This document shows, piece by piece, positions 1 to 9,518 of a stretch of 30,397 nt of DNA (its first letter is position 1; the number at the start of each line of letters is the position of its first letter). This stretch comes from a virus. Taxonomy: Duplodnaviria > Caudoviricetes. The notes under the pieces are model-generated. The model saw only the letters and a program-made list of their open reading frames with translations, did not search any database and had not been told where the DNA came from. The stretch is from the IMG/VR virus record IMGVR_UViG_3300005805_000317, positions 1 through 30,397 of that record; one strand, written 5' to 3'. Both the position numbers and the translations under genes were made by a program.

Positions 1-1075
1 CTATAGTGATATCTATTTCAACGGGGTCATAACCCTCACGAATATTACCATAAACAATCTCGCCGCCTCGTCCCGTAAGGATTTCCTGACAACGAGCCAC
101 CTGAGGAAGTAAATGAAAGTTAGGTATATTTAGCGGAAGATCAATACCAAATGACTGATTATTAAAGTAAATGGTATAATTCGTATTGTTCGATAAGCCA
201 AGTTCCGCCTTGTCAATAGTTTGCCACACGTGAAAGGCATTGTCATTGCCCACCCTAACGGCATGGACGACCTTCTTAACTGTCTCGTGCCCCGTGTTGT
301 AAGTTACCTCTATCTCGTTGTCCTGAATGTCAATTGTATTAACGCCAGTCATCCAATAACCATTGGTAGGAATAGGCATTTCAGATATCGGAGACCAACA
401 GCTTTCTTCGTTGTTTTCGTATATGTATTTATACACGAACTGAAATAGTGAGCCATATAGACTCGTTCCTGCTGCTGCCGGGCTTACGTTGGTATTATAC
501 TCAACAGTCGGGGCATATCGTGGAGGCCATTTAACGGCATCAAACAACTGAAAATCAATGTTTGAGTACACGCCATTCTCAAGATTGACAATGTTCGCCA
601 TCCTTGGAGGGTTGTAGTTATACTGCTCTGTAATGGCAATATCTAACTCGTAGTCCTGAAAATACCCATCCGTCCAATATAGAAGTCCATCAAGAACAAA
701 GGCGTCGTATATCTTTTGCTCTAATTGAAAGTTTAGAGTCGCGTCCTTTACAATCGTTGTGATTGTATTAGTGCCTATGTCATACTTATAGATGGCGTGT
801 TCGTCAGAATCATCGGTATTACAAACAAAGTATATGATGGCATTGGCCTCAACCCAATTACAAGCCCCGATAACATAGTTGTCTGTCGGGGACAAGGCGG
901 GGTTGTCAACGTATACACTCCCCGGAAGGTTTTGAAGAACCCCCGCGTTGCCCTCTAAAAAAGAAGCACCACGAAGGTATTCAGCCCTACGATAGTCACC
1001 CTTTGGCATGAACCTGTCCTCATCGTCAGAGTTCATCCCACCATAAAAGTAAATATCTTCCTTGATCTCAGCCAT
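1..1075 (-). CDS. Tail muzzle/stabilisation protein (crAss-like, P22 gp10-related), truncated at window edge
   Basis: Not in the ORF track; ATG at 1075 reads MAEIKEDIYFYGGMNSDDEDRFMPKGDYRRAEYLRG...GNAGVLQNLPG...LNFQ...GLLYWTDG...NPPR. The GMNxDxDxR and LLYWTD...PR motifs are typical of this family; it follows the ring genes. Confidence 0.75.
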   Translation of the reverse strand, partial: MAEIKEDIYFYGGMNSDDEDRFMPKGDYRRAEYLRGASFLEGNAGVLQNLPGSVYVDNPALSPTDNYVIGACNWVEANAIIYFVCNTDDSDEHAIYKYDIGTNTITTIVKDATLNFQLEQKIYDAFVLDGLLYWTDGYFQDYELDIAITEQYNYNPPRMANIVNLENGVYSNIDFQLFDAVKWPPRYAPTVEYNTNVSPAAAGTSLYGSLFQFVYKYIYENNEESCWSPISEMPIPTNGYWMTGVNTIDIQDNEIEVTYNTGHETVKKVVHAVRVGNDNAFHVWQTIDKAELGLSNNTNYTIYFNNQSFGIDLPLNIPNFHLLPQVARCQEILTGRGGEIVYGNIREGYDPVEIDITI

Positions 1076-1127
1076 CTTTACTTGTTTACAAAACCATTAT
1101 CACTATTGTACTATTTTTATTTATTAT

Positions 1128-1445
1128 TTAAGATCCCTTTTTCCATTTCTTTGACGAAGATGCAGTCTTGCTTGGAGACCACTTTACCTTATTGGCCCAA
1201 TAAGCTGCGGACATTGGCCCCTTGCTAATGTTCTTAGCATGACGAGACTTGAATGCCTCTCGTTGACCTGCCGTTTGATTGGTTTTCACGCCTTGCTGAC
1301 CAAATCGAATTGTTTTTATTTGGTTTCCTGACTTAGCCACAACAACGTGTGACTTCGTAGGATGGCTTGGTGTACGCTTGGGTTTGTTGTACCCAGACAC
1401 ACCTGCCTTCGTTAGACGTGAATCCTTTTTGTTTTTCTTTTCCAT
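1128..1445 (-). CDS. Small Lys-rich conserved phage protein (IRFGQQG...FKSRH...SAAYWA motif)
   Basis: 105 aa ORF with a motif pattern I recall from aquatic phage hypothetical proteins; function unknown. Confidence 0.75.
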   Translation of the reverse strand: MEKKNKKDSRLTKAGVSGYNKPKRTPSHPTKSHVVVAKSGNQIKTIRFGQQGVKTNQTAGQREAFKSRHAKNISKGPMSAAYWANKVKWSPSKTASSSKKWKKGS

Positions 1446-1470
1446 TCCCTGTTCCTCTTTTTTTTTTGCT

Positions 1471-2241
1471 TTATTTCAGACTGAATGCTGTTCCTTCCCA
1501 AACACTATCGAGAACTTCTGAAACTGTCGGGGCAAATGCAATGGTCTGATGGTTGTACACGGCCTCTGAATATTGTCTCTCCTTATCCTTGGCCATGTTA
1601 GGGTTAAGCCCCGTTACCTCGGAAAGTTCATAGCACTGCCAAATCAAATACGCCCTCATTGGTTCAATAAAGACGGGGCGCATAAGGGTCTCTCCGCAAG
1701 GGTTACCACTCGAAAGGTATTCAATCAAGGCTATCCCATTTGGAAGGCTCGTGACATCGGTAGAAAACTCAATTTGACGCTCCTCCTCATTGATGTTGTA
1801 GTAGGCCCTGTTAAAACCCCCGGGACGAGCAAACGGAGGCCCGTAAAAACGACCCTGCCAATAATACTCACCCATCCAAGAGCCCATGTTCCCGTCCCCT
1901 GAATCATTATTATTTGAATCTTGATTCGGGTCAGAACAGATAGTCTCAGTCTCGTTTACAAGGAGTGAAGGGTAGTTGGTCAGTGTCATAAAGTTACCCT
2001 GCCAATTGTATCCAATGCGGCCATGCCTAATATAGTCCGATGGCATTTGCCATATCCGACTTCCGTTGCCAACATTGAACTCAACGAGCTTGATGGCGGG
2101 GGCGTGTGTAACCCCGTGAACCTCAGATGCCCACTCGATGGCAAGCTGCTCAAGCCAATCGTATAGGTTCATGTTCAAGCCAAGTCGATTTATGGCCGAC
2201 ACTACAACGTATGTAATATTCTTATTGGGTTGTTGTGCCAT
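1471..2241 (-). CDS. Tail ring/tubular protein
   Basis: 256 aa; MPSDYI..., IALIEYLSSG and PMRAYLIW motifs resemble head-tail adaptor/ring proteins; lies upstream of the muzzle gene. Confidence 0.6.
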   Translation of the reverse strand: MAQQPNKNITYVVVSAINRLGLNMNLYDWLEQLAIEWASEVHGVTHAPAIKLVEFNVGNGSRIWQMPSDYIRHGRIGYNWQGNFMTLTNYPSLLVNETETICSDPNQDSNNNDSGDGNMGSWMGEYYWQGRFYGPPFARPGGFNRAYYNINEEERQIEFSTDVTSLPNGIALIEYLSSGNPCGETLMRPVFIEPMRAYLIWQCYELSEVTGLNPNMAKDKERQYSEAVYNHQTIAFAPTVSEVLDSVWEGTAFSLK

Positions 2242-2812
2242 CTACTTTAGTATTGTTTACGATTTCTGAAGGATTAACACCCATGCTCTTGATCATTCTA
2301 AAGCAGGCATCGAAGAATATAGACTCATTCCCCGGCATAATTATCTCCTCATCCTCATTCATATCCTGAACATCAGGAACAAGGTATGCCGTAACAGTCG
2401 AATAGGGCTGATCGGTAAACACAAGGTTTCCATCCTCGTAGTATGTTCCTATCCGACAACGACCGGGCTTCAAAATACCCATAACGAAGTTGTTGTACCT
2501 CCCTTGAATGATTGTGTACCAGTCGTTCTCATCGCATCCATAGGCAAACAAAATAGACTGACTACCCTGCAATGGCTTAACCTGCAACGTGGCCTGATAC
2601 TTTTTGCTTCCTTCATTGTATGACGGGGTAACAGTATAGGCTATGCCCAACTGCTTCATCATCATAGGACTCTTGGCGATGAGGTCGCTAAAAACAGCTT
2701 GGACAATCTGCTCAATAATCTGAACAGGATACATACCCTTCACGTCATCCGGGCAGTCCCCGCCAACGAGTCTATTCTGAAGGGTTTCTATTAGGTTCCG
2801 CTTTGTAAACAT
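2222..2812 (-). CDS. Putative tail ring protein
   Basis: 196 aa between two ring-like genes; helix / beta / C-terminal helix layout with a Y..D..L.F segment; overlaps the downstream gene. Confidence 0.5.
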   Translation of the reverse strand: MFTKRNLIETLQNRLVGGDCPDDVKGMYPVQIIEQIVQAVFSDLIAKSPMMMKQLGIAYTVTPSYNEGSKKYQATLQVKPLQGSQSILFAYGCDENDWYTIIQGRYNNFVMGILKPGRCRIGTYYEDGNLVFTDQPYSTVTAYLVPDVQDMNEDEEIIMPGNESIFFDACFRMIKSMGVNPSEIVNNTKVDGTTTQ

Positions 2813-2815
2813 CTA

Positions 2816-3541
2816 TTAAGCGGGTTTTTGTAGGTCAAGAGTCTGCATATTGAACTCAGACCTGAAGTTAGTTGCGTAATACTTCACAATCATGTCGGCA
2901 AGCTCCTCGTGAACCTGATCGGGCCACTCGAACTCAACGCTTAATGACGGGGATCCCTGTGGCTCAACACTGTTGTTTACGTGCGTTTGCCCCGGCGGTA
3001 AGTAAACCACATCGTCATTAACAATATCGTAGTCAAAATATGCCTTAACAGGCTTCCTAACATACGAGAACACGCATGACGGATATGATGCGGGCTGAAT
3101 GTAAACCTTGTCATTTTGGATGGTTCCAATTGGATCAGTAAACCTTGGCTTTAGGACGGATGACGTGACCCTGTAGTTGAATCTATCTCGGTTTATCATC
3201 TCAACCATTCGTGGCTTAGACTCTACGGTTGAACAATTAACCTGCTCATACGTGTTTACCCGAACATCAGTATAGCCAATATAATCATCTGGAAGCTCAC
3301 CATATCCGTATGAATCAATAGATAGTGGAGGAATCGCGTTGTCACCAAGAGTAACAATGAATGGCCTAATGTCGTCCGTAATGACTCGATTGTTTTCATA
3401 TACTCGAAGGAATCTGTTTATCATCTCAGAATTGACAGCCTCCAATATGTAGCTGTTCAACTGATCGGGCGTAATATACCCCCCTTGGTAGTCCTTACCA
3501 AGCTTCAAATTAGAATATCCAACTATTTCTCCTAAATTCAT
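2816..3541 (-). CDS. Tail ring/head-tail adaptor protein
   Basis: 241 aa; KxYQGGYITPDQLN, LPDDY, YVRKP and FEWPDQVHEEL motifs typical of crAss-like ring proteins. Confidence 0.7.
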   Translation of the reverse strand: MNLGEIVGYSNLKLGKDYQGGYITPDQLNSYILEAVNSEMINRFLRVYENNRVITDDIRPFIVTLGDNAIPPLSIDSYGYGELPDDYIGYTDVRVNTYEQVNCSTVESKPRMVEMINRDRFNYRVTSSVLKPRFTDPIGTIQNDKVYIQPASYPSCVFSYVRKPVKAYFDYDIVNDDVVYLPPGQTHVNNSVEPQGSPSLSVEFEWPDQVHEELADMIVKYYATNFRSEFNMQTLDLQKPA

Positions 3542-3544
3542 TTA

Positions 3545-5836
3545 TTACTGAACTTTAATACCAATCATTTCGATTCGGTAGAAATATGTATTGGTGTCAT
3601 TACTAACAACCCTCAGCGAGTTTGTCTGACCAAGCAAGATATCCGTCTCTGTGATACCAGTGGTGACCACATTAGTCAATGTGGTAGTTCCCGACAAGAT
3701 ATCAGTCACAGAACCAGCCATCACAAAGTTGTTTGATGATACATATTTAAGTATGATATCAATAGACCCTTGTGTTCCCGCAGAGAATGATGGACTTTGC
3801 CATATCCCCACTGATGTAGTTTCGTTCACAACTCTAACAAAAAACGGGTTGACCAAGTTTTCAAAGTCTATGCGGAATTGTATATAACCCTTTTGTCCAT
3901 TTGCCCCTGCAAAATACTGCCCCGGGATGGGATATTCAGCAGGAACGGATCCGGGAACATACGTAATGTCCACATCCGACTGCGCCGAGTAAATTTCATC
4001 TATACCCTCACCCCACTGAAGAGCAGCAATATCACTTGTGTTTTGAATCACCTGAACAGTCAGTAGATCAAGTATCTGCTGAATGCCTACAAGCGTATTA
4101 ATGATATTGGTTTGAGTTATTGTGATAGCCTCAAGATCATCCTGAATATCGGCAATATCATCCAAAACGTCTTGAATCAAGGCGTTAAAGTTGATAGGAG
4201 TTAGACTCTGAAGCAGTGTAAGCAAGTCATTTGCCTGAGTATCAATTTGATTCAGGGTAGCATCAATCGCATTGTATTGGACAATAACGCTTGTGAAGTA
4301 GCTTGTGTAGTCCGGATAATTTGTATTAAATGTAGCAATATCCGTTAACAGCGTATTGAGGTCTGAAATAACACCAGACACATCTGAAATGACGGTAGTG
4401 GTATTAGCCTCTAATACATCAACAAGATCGTCGAAGTTATCTTCAAATCCATTCAATGATGACGCCTGCGCCTCAATCACACCAAGCTCACTAACAAGCT
4501 GAAGACTTTCGGCATATATCGCATTCATTTGAGCGACTATGGCATTGTAGTCAGCAGTAGCCTGAGCGTTGTCTTCAATGATTGTTGAGAGGAGTGTGAT
4601 CTGATTGTAGATCTGCTCAATCAACGATTGTGACTCAAAGCCAGCGTTGTTAATCCACTGATTTCCATTGTCATCACAACAATCGCAGTCGCATCCTGAT
4701 GCATCAATAGCATCCTCAATAGTCTGAACAGCATTGCGATACTTTTCCTGATCGCCACACTTTTGATACTCCTTCGCAAGTACATAGTTCAGAACAACGG
4801 CGTCTACATATTTTTGATACGGGGACACTCCACCACTCTTCAGCGCTGCATAATGCTTCTTGTACAGATTATTTATGCAATCGGTAAGACCACACAAAGT
4901 TCCTGAGCAAGAAACAACAAATTCTACAGCCCCACTTGTTGATTCATATGTGACAACCAAGTCATCATTTTGAACAACGGTTACATTGTAAGTAAGGCGA
5001 TAAGTCCAAGTACCTGTGGCAAGGTTTGAAATCGTAATACTTGGAAGGGTTGTCTGAACATCAGATGGTGTCGGAGGATCCGTCAAGTTACCCGGGTAGC
5101 TCACAACAAAAGTCCTCAAAGACAAAGACTGCCCAGATGGAAGAGTTGTGGTGTCCTGAAACGTGATGCTTCCAAACTGAGTCGATTCACAATCAAATGT
5201 AACATCAGCAGTCGGAGTCACCTCTTCACAACCAGTGTATGTATATGTAACATTCTTTACGAATGTGTGAACCACGTTGATTGCCGCAAGAGTTCCATCT
5301 AAACCACTTTCATTATTAGTGAAGGAGGCAGCCTCGAAGGTAACTGTTGTAACGTCAAGAAGGGAGTCATAAACTGAACTAACAACGGTTTTAACACCAT
5401 TGTTCCCCACGTTCGAGCTACCTGAAAATGTGACAACATCGCCAGCCACAAGGTAGCTTCTATCGCCCGGAAGCTCGGCCTCTTGGGTAGTGGTTGTAAT
5501 AGACGCTACAACCAAGTTTGATGCAACGCCCGTCTGATTAACGGTGTAAGAAAATGAGTATACACCATTCAAGATGTCACCCGATGTAGTTTCAGGTAAT
5601 GAGTACCAAGCGCTAATCGTGTTGCCGATGGCTAAATCAATAAGCGGGGATGACGTACTTAGCTTCTGAAAAACAATATTGCTGAACGGGTCATTAAGCT
5701 GACCAAGACCCTTGAGGGTGATCAGCGGCATATTGTCGTACAGAGAAAAGTCGTTATTGCTTGTTACCTTGACCCGATTCTGATCGGAATCAAACGTAAC
5801 GGTAACATCAATATCTTGGGCAGTAAAGTTTGCCAT
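3545..5836 (-). CDS. Large virion structural protein (beta domains, Cys-rich segment, long acidic coiled coil); fibre/spike-like
   Basis: Start moved to ATG 5836 (MANFTAQD) behind an A-rich TIR; 763 aa, T/S/V/D-rich, GDVVTFSG...NG motif, heptad region. Confidence 0.6.
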   Translation of the reverse strand: MANFTAQDIDVTVTFDSDQNRVKVTSNNDFSLYDNMPLITLKGLGQLNDPFSNIVFQKLSTSSPLIDLAIGNTISAWYSLPETTSGDILNGVYSFSYTVNQTGVASNLVVASITTTTQEAELPGDRSYLVAGDVVTFSGSSNVGNNGVKTVVSSVYDSLLDVTTVTFEAASFTNNESGLDGTLAAINVVHTFVKNVTYTYTGCEEVTPTADVTFDCESTQFGSITFQDTTTLPSGQSLSLRTFVVSYPGNLTDPPTPSDVQTTLPSITISNLATGTWTYRLTYNVTVVQNDDLVVTYESTSGAVEFVVSCSGTLCGLTDCINNLYKKHYAALKSGGVSPYQKYVDAVVLNYVLAKEYQKCGDQEKYRNAVQTIEDAIDASGCDCDCCDDNGNQWINNAGFESQSLIEQIYNQITLLSTIIEDNAQATADYNAIVAQMNAIYAESLQLVSELGVIEAQASSLNGFEDNFDDLVDVLEANTTTVISDVSGVISDLNTLLTDIATFNTNYPDYTSYFTSVIVQYNAIDATLNQIDTQANDLLTLLQSLTPINFNALIQDVLDDIADIQDDLEAITITQTNIINTLVGIQQILDLLTVQVIQNTSDIAALQWGEGIDEIYSAQSDVDITYVPGSVPAEYPIPGQYFAGANGQKGYIQFRIDFENLVNPFFVRVVNETTSVGIWQSPSFSAGTQGSIDIILKYVSSNNFVMAGSVTDILSGTTTLTNVVTTGITETDILLGQTNSLRVVSNDTNTYFYRIEMIGIKVQ

Positions 5837-5887
5837 TTTGGTATTATTTTGCTTAGGATTTAGCCATCTTTGTTTAGTGTCAAAAAT

Positions 5888-5917
5888 AAAAAAAGAGGTC
5901 AATAGACCCCTCTTTTT
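5888..5917 (-). terminator. Rho-independent terminator after the capsid operon
   Basis: Minus strand AAAAAGAGGGGTC-TATT-GACCTC followed by T7. Confidence 0.65.
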
Positions 5918-5938
5918 AGTTTCGGGTTTCCTTTATTA

Positions 5939-6859
5939 TTACTCTGCTGATTGCAGAGACTTTTCAAGGCGTTGACGAAGCCTCTCGTCTTCCAAAATAA
6001 TCTTGGACAGACCCTTCACATCGTCCTTCACATCAATTGGGGCAAATGGACGACCATTACCAGTCTTATTTACAAAGACCCAGTTGTCGCCCTCTGAAGT
6101 AATCTTACCCCTTTCAATGGCCTCCCTAACAAGTCCCATGGCCTCTGCGAGGTTTTGGTTGTCGGAATCAGAACGCAAAATGTTGTAGTAAGACTCCTTA
6201 GCACCGGGGCTTGTCGTAACATAGTCAAACAATGTGGTGCGGTTTACCTCCTCCAAGGCCGAAATCTCGAGGCCAAAGGTGGACATATAACGCTCTATAT
6301 CAACGGTAGAAACGCCTCCGTATAGGATGTCCTTCTGAAGCTCAAACACCTCACGGTTCTTCTCAATGCGATCCTTGCTCTCAACAACAGGGTTGGTGAA
6401 ATGAAACTCCGCACGGGGATTGTCAACCTTACCATTGGTAAACTTGCCTGAGAAGAAGTACCAATAAACGAGTTCTACCTCGTCTTGTCCGGGGTGAAGC
6501 GTCTTCCCGTTAGACAATTGAAACATGATGTCCTTTGTCGGGTAAAATGGCTCACCAGTCTTTCGGTTAACCTCTCGAACCCCACGGGTAAGGACAAACA
6601 TATCGCTCATCCCATAATCATTACGGGCGAACTTCATACACTTTACAATCTGTGGGAGTGGATGCGCCACCGACATCTGACCAAACTCTTTGGCTCCCCG
6701 ACGCTTACGAACCATGTACTTCATATCGTCTCGATAATGAATTACGACTGGCTTCGGATTCTTCTTGTCGAAGAACAAGGGGAACACAGGCTTTAATTCT
6801 TCAAGATACCCCATCAGCTCCTCTTTGGACATGAGGTTATCATTCACATAAATGTTCAT
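5939..6859 (-). CDS. Conserved hypothetical protein directly downstream of the major capsid gene
   Basis: 306 aa; position equivalent to the conserved post-MCP gene of crAss-like phages; C-terminal AIERGKI...W.F...G motif. Confidence 0.6.
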   Translation of the reverse strand: MNIYVNDNLMSKEELMGYLEELKPVFPLFFDKKNPKPVVIHYRDDMKYMVRKRRGAKEFGQMSVAHPLPQIVKCMKFARNDYGMSDMFVLTRGVREVNRKTGEPFYPTKDIMFQLSNGKTLHPGQDEVELVYWYFFSGKFTNGKVDNPRAEFHFTNPVVESKDRIEKNREVFELQKDILYGGVSTVDIERYMSTFGLEISALEEVNRTTLFDYVTTSPGAKESYYNILRSDSDNQNLAEAMGLVREAIERGKITSEGDNWVFVNKTGNGRPFAPIDVKDDVKGLSKIILEDERLRQRLEKSLQSAE

Positions 6860-6893
6860 TTTTTCACTTATTTATTGTTTCACTTATTTGACA

Positions 6894-6927
6894 GGAATAA
6901 GGGATGGCCGTATGCCACCCCTATTCC
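6894..6927 (-). promoter_or_regulatory. Strong stem-loop after the MCP stop without a U-tract
   Basis: Minus strand GGAATAGGGGTGGC-ATACG-GCCATCCCTTATTCC. Confidence 0.55.
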
Positions 6928-6943
6928 ATTAGTCATGCTATGC

Positions 6944-8329
6944 TTATGACAGAGCGCTGTTCTTGAACAGGGCGCACTGCTGCAGGTTCATGAAATCGAA
7001 ACCGATTTCAGACACAATGTGCATATTGAAGTCATCCTTAGAGGTGTTCTTCGCAGGGGAAGCACCACCAGTGTACCACATACGCATCATACGGTTCTGA
7101 CCAGCGAAGTCCTTGTACTTCAGCTCAACAAATCCACGAGGAACGCCATCGTTATCGCGGGTCTTACCAATCGGAAGAACGAAACCGTAATCCTGAAGGG
7201 CAGAGTTGTTGGCAGCAGCACCATTCGGGTCGTCAAGAATAGTCAAACGCTTGAGACCGAAAGACTTACCGTTAACAGCAAGACCTTGAACGCTGTAGGT
7301 AGCATACAGTTGGTTTACATCGAAACCTGATGTACCGAACAGGGCGTTAGCAAGCTGATTGTTTACGGCGTTGATGTTAGACTGATTGAAGTCAGAGATC
7401 ACATCGGCGCTGATTTCGCTGTAAGACTTACCTGAGAGGAGGGTAATGTAGTTACCAAGCGCCCAGTTAGAAGACAGCGTCTGCTCGATTGACTCGAAGT
7501 CAGCAACAGTCAAAGAACCACCAGTGTCCTGATTCACCGCACGAAGCTCGAACTGCTCAACCATACCTGTGGTGTAACCTACACCCGGCATACTTGTGTT
7601 TGTCGCAGTCTCACCCCAGATCATAGTGTTAACAGTCTTCTGAAGGTGATCGTACTCGTGCTGAACAGTAGCAATAGAGTTGTAACCTACGATTGCACCA
7701 CCCTTCTCGTAACGAACAGGCTGGAGGCTCTCGGTAAAGTCAGAACCAGTGATGTTGTGGTCAGTACGGATGTCCTGAAGCTGCCAAGTGTACTCAGTCT
7801 GATATGAGTTCTTAGTGTCCTGCTTGTCAGAAGCCTCAGCAACAGACACACCTGAAATCATAAAGTATTCGTTAGCCTGAGCAGACTCGTTGGTAGTAGA
7901 CTTCAGAGGACGAAGAACGAGCGTGGTGTCAGAACCGTTATCAGTCTTGCTGATGATCTGGTACTGCTTACCAGTGCGGGTAGACTTCACGATTTCGTTT
8001 TCGATCGGCCAGCTTTCACGAGTTGTAGCGTCGATGTAAGCAGAAGCGAGCTGAATAGTCAGGTTAGAACCTGCGCCCGGAGCTGATACAAGGGTCTTAA
8101 CTTGGAAAGCAGAACCATAACGATCTTCTTCCCAGTGTACTCCGGTCATACGGATAACGGGGACGAGAGCGCCCATAGCCTTGAAGAACTGCATAACCTC
8201 AGCACCCTGAGTACCATAAGGCTGATACAGGGTCGGAGACCAGATTGGTTGTGCCAAGTCTACGTTAGATACAAGCGTAATATTTCCCGCCTGTGGGATC
8301 GTAGATGGCGTAAACGGATTAGTTGCCAT
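6944..8329 (-). CDS. Major capsid protein
   Basis: 461 aa; portal-scaffold-MCP synteny; HWEED, MIWGE and TTGM motifs, C-terminal SEIGF; strongly biased high-expression codon usage. Confidence 0.85.
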   Translation of the reverse strand: MATNPFTPSTIPQAGNITLVSNVDLAQPIWSPTLYQPYGTQGAEVMQFFKAMGALVPVIRMTGVHWEEDRYGSAFQVKTLVSAPGAGSNLTIQLASAYIDATTRESWPIENEIVKSTRTGKQYQIISKTDNGSDTTLVLRPLKSTTNESAQANEYFMISGVSVAEASDKQDTKNSYQTEYTWQLQDIRTDHNITGSDFTESLQPVRYEKGGAIVGYNSIATVQHEYDHLQKTVNTMIWGETATNTSMPGVGYTTGMVEQFELRAVNQDTGGSLTVADFESIEQTLSSNWALGNYITLLSGKSYSEISADVISDFNQSNINAVNNQLANALFGTSGFDVNQLYATYSVQGLAVNGKSFGLKRLTILDDPNGAAANNSALQDYGFVLPIGKTRDNDGVPRGFVELKYKDFAGQNRMMRMWYTGGASPAKNTSKDDFNMHIVSEIGFDFMNLQQCALFKNSALS

Positions 8330-8353
8330 TTTGTTTTATTTTTTTAAGTGTTT

Positions 8354-9502
8354 TTATTTCGGAACTGAAACACCCATCTTCTTGAGATGGTCAATGTGCG
8401 CCTGCTGCCACTCAGGAATCCAATTAGAGTCGGAGTCTCCGGGCTTATCTTTATGCACCACACTTCCGCCATTATGCGTAGCCTTTATAGCCTTTTGAGT
8501 GATCTTCCCTTCAATCTTAGCCTTAAACTGCTCGGCGATCTTATCCTCCAATGCGTTCTTTAAGACACCAGTAATATAAGTATCAATGGTAGATTGGTAG
8601 GACTCATTCTCAGGCAAACTCGCCGCGAAATGTGTCGCCCACCCTTTGACTTGGTTGAGTAGTTCTGGGCTAACCGCCACACTGATTTCTTCTCCACCAA
8701 ACTTAGCCGATAGTGTAGAAAATTTGCTAACCGCTGTTTCTACGTCCTTGGCCGCCTTCTCGGACTTCTGTTGTTGCAAGAACAACTCTTGTTCACGTTC
8801 TCTCAACAAAGTTCCTAAAACATCGTTCTCACTCGTCTGAATAGAAGATATTTTATTTTGAACTTCTTTTATAGCGCTCTCCACCTCAAGCTTAGTGAGT
8901 GGAGCAAGCTCATCGCTATACTCAATGTCGTACCTCTTTGCCATGGCCTGCTTAACCTCATCAAAGGTCAACGCGCTAAGGGCATCGGGGTTCTTCATGA
9001 TTTCTCTAAATGCCAATGTTTTAATAGGATCGGTTCGGAGTTCATCCGCCGTCATTGTAGCAAGTTCTGCCGCAATGCTTAAGTCCTTAATGCCCGTCTC
9101 ACGAACTACTGAATTGATCTTTGCGATCTTTTCGTCAGCATACGGGGCATTGATCTTTGACTTAACCTGATTGAAAAGTTCAATCTCCTTTGACTTTGAT
9201 TCAAGTTCCTGAAGGCGGCTAATTTTGCTTACAAGTTCCTCCTCTGAAGAAACCCCAAACTTGCTGAAGTCAAAAGAAACAGACGGGGACTTCTCTTCGG
9301 AAGACTCTTCCGACGAACCCTGACCTGAGTCTACATCCTGAACTTCTTGTAAATCTGCGTCTGACTGAAGCTGTTGTGGATCATCCTGAACCTCATCTTC
9401 ATTAGACTCCGACCGAATCGGCCCTTGTGGGGTGATGATAATCTCACCCTTACCATTGAAAAAATCCTCCGCTTGTTTAATCGGATTTACTGCATCACTC
9501 AT
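8354..9502 (-). CDS. Putative capsid scaffolding protein
   Basis: 382 aa with an acidic disordered N-terminus and helical/coiled-coil body; lies between portal and MCP. Confidence 0.6.
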   Translation of the reverse strand: MSDAVNPIKQAEDFFNGKGEIIITPQGPIRSESNEDEVQDDPQQLQSDADLQEVQDVDSGQGSSEESSEEKSPSVSFDFSKFGVSSEEELVSKISRLQELESKSKEIELFNQVKSKINAPYADEKIAKINSVVRETGIKDLSIAAELATMTADELRTDPIKTLAFREIMKNPDALSALTFDEVKQAMAKRYDIEYSDELAPLTKLEVESAIKEVQNKISSIQTSENDVLGTLLREREQELFLQQQKSEKAAKDVETAVSKFSTLSAKFGGEEISVAVSPELLNQVKGWATHFAASLPENESYQSTIDTYITGVLKNALEDKIAEQFKAKIEGKITQKAIKATHNGGSVVHKDKPGDSDSNWIPEWQQAHIDHLKKMGVSVPK

Positions 9503-9518
9503 TTTTTCTCTTTTTGGT

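Noticed and set aside
5881-5888. Promoter TATTTTTG upstream of the 763-aa gene
   Set aside because: It coincides with the terminator T-tract and has no properly spaced -33 element; possible but unsupported.
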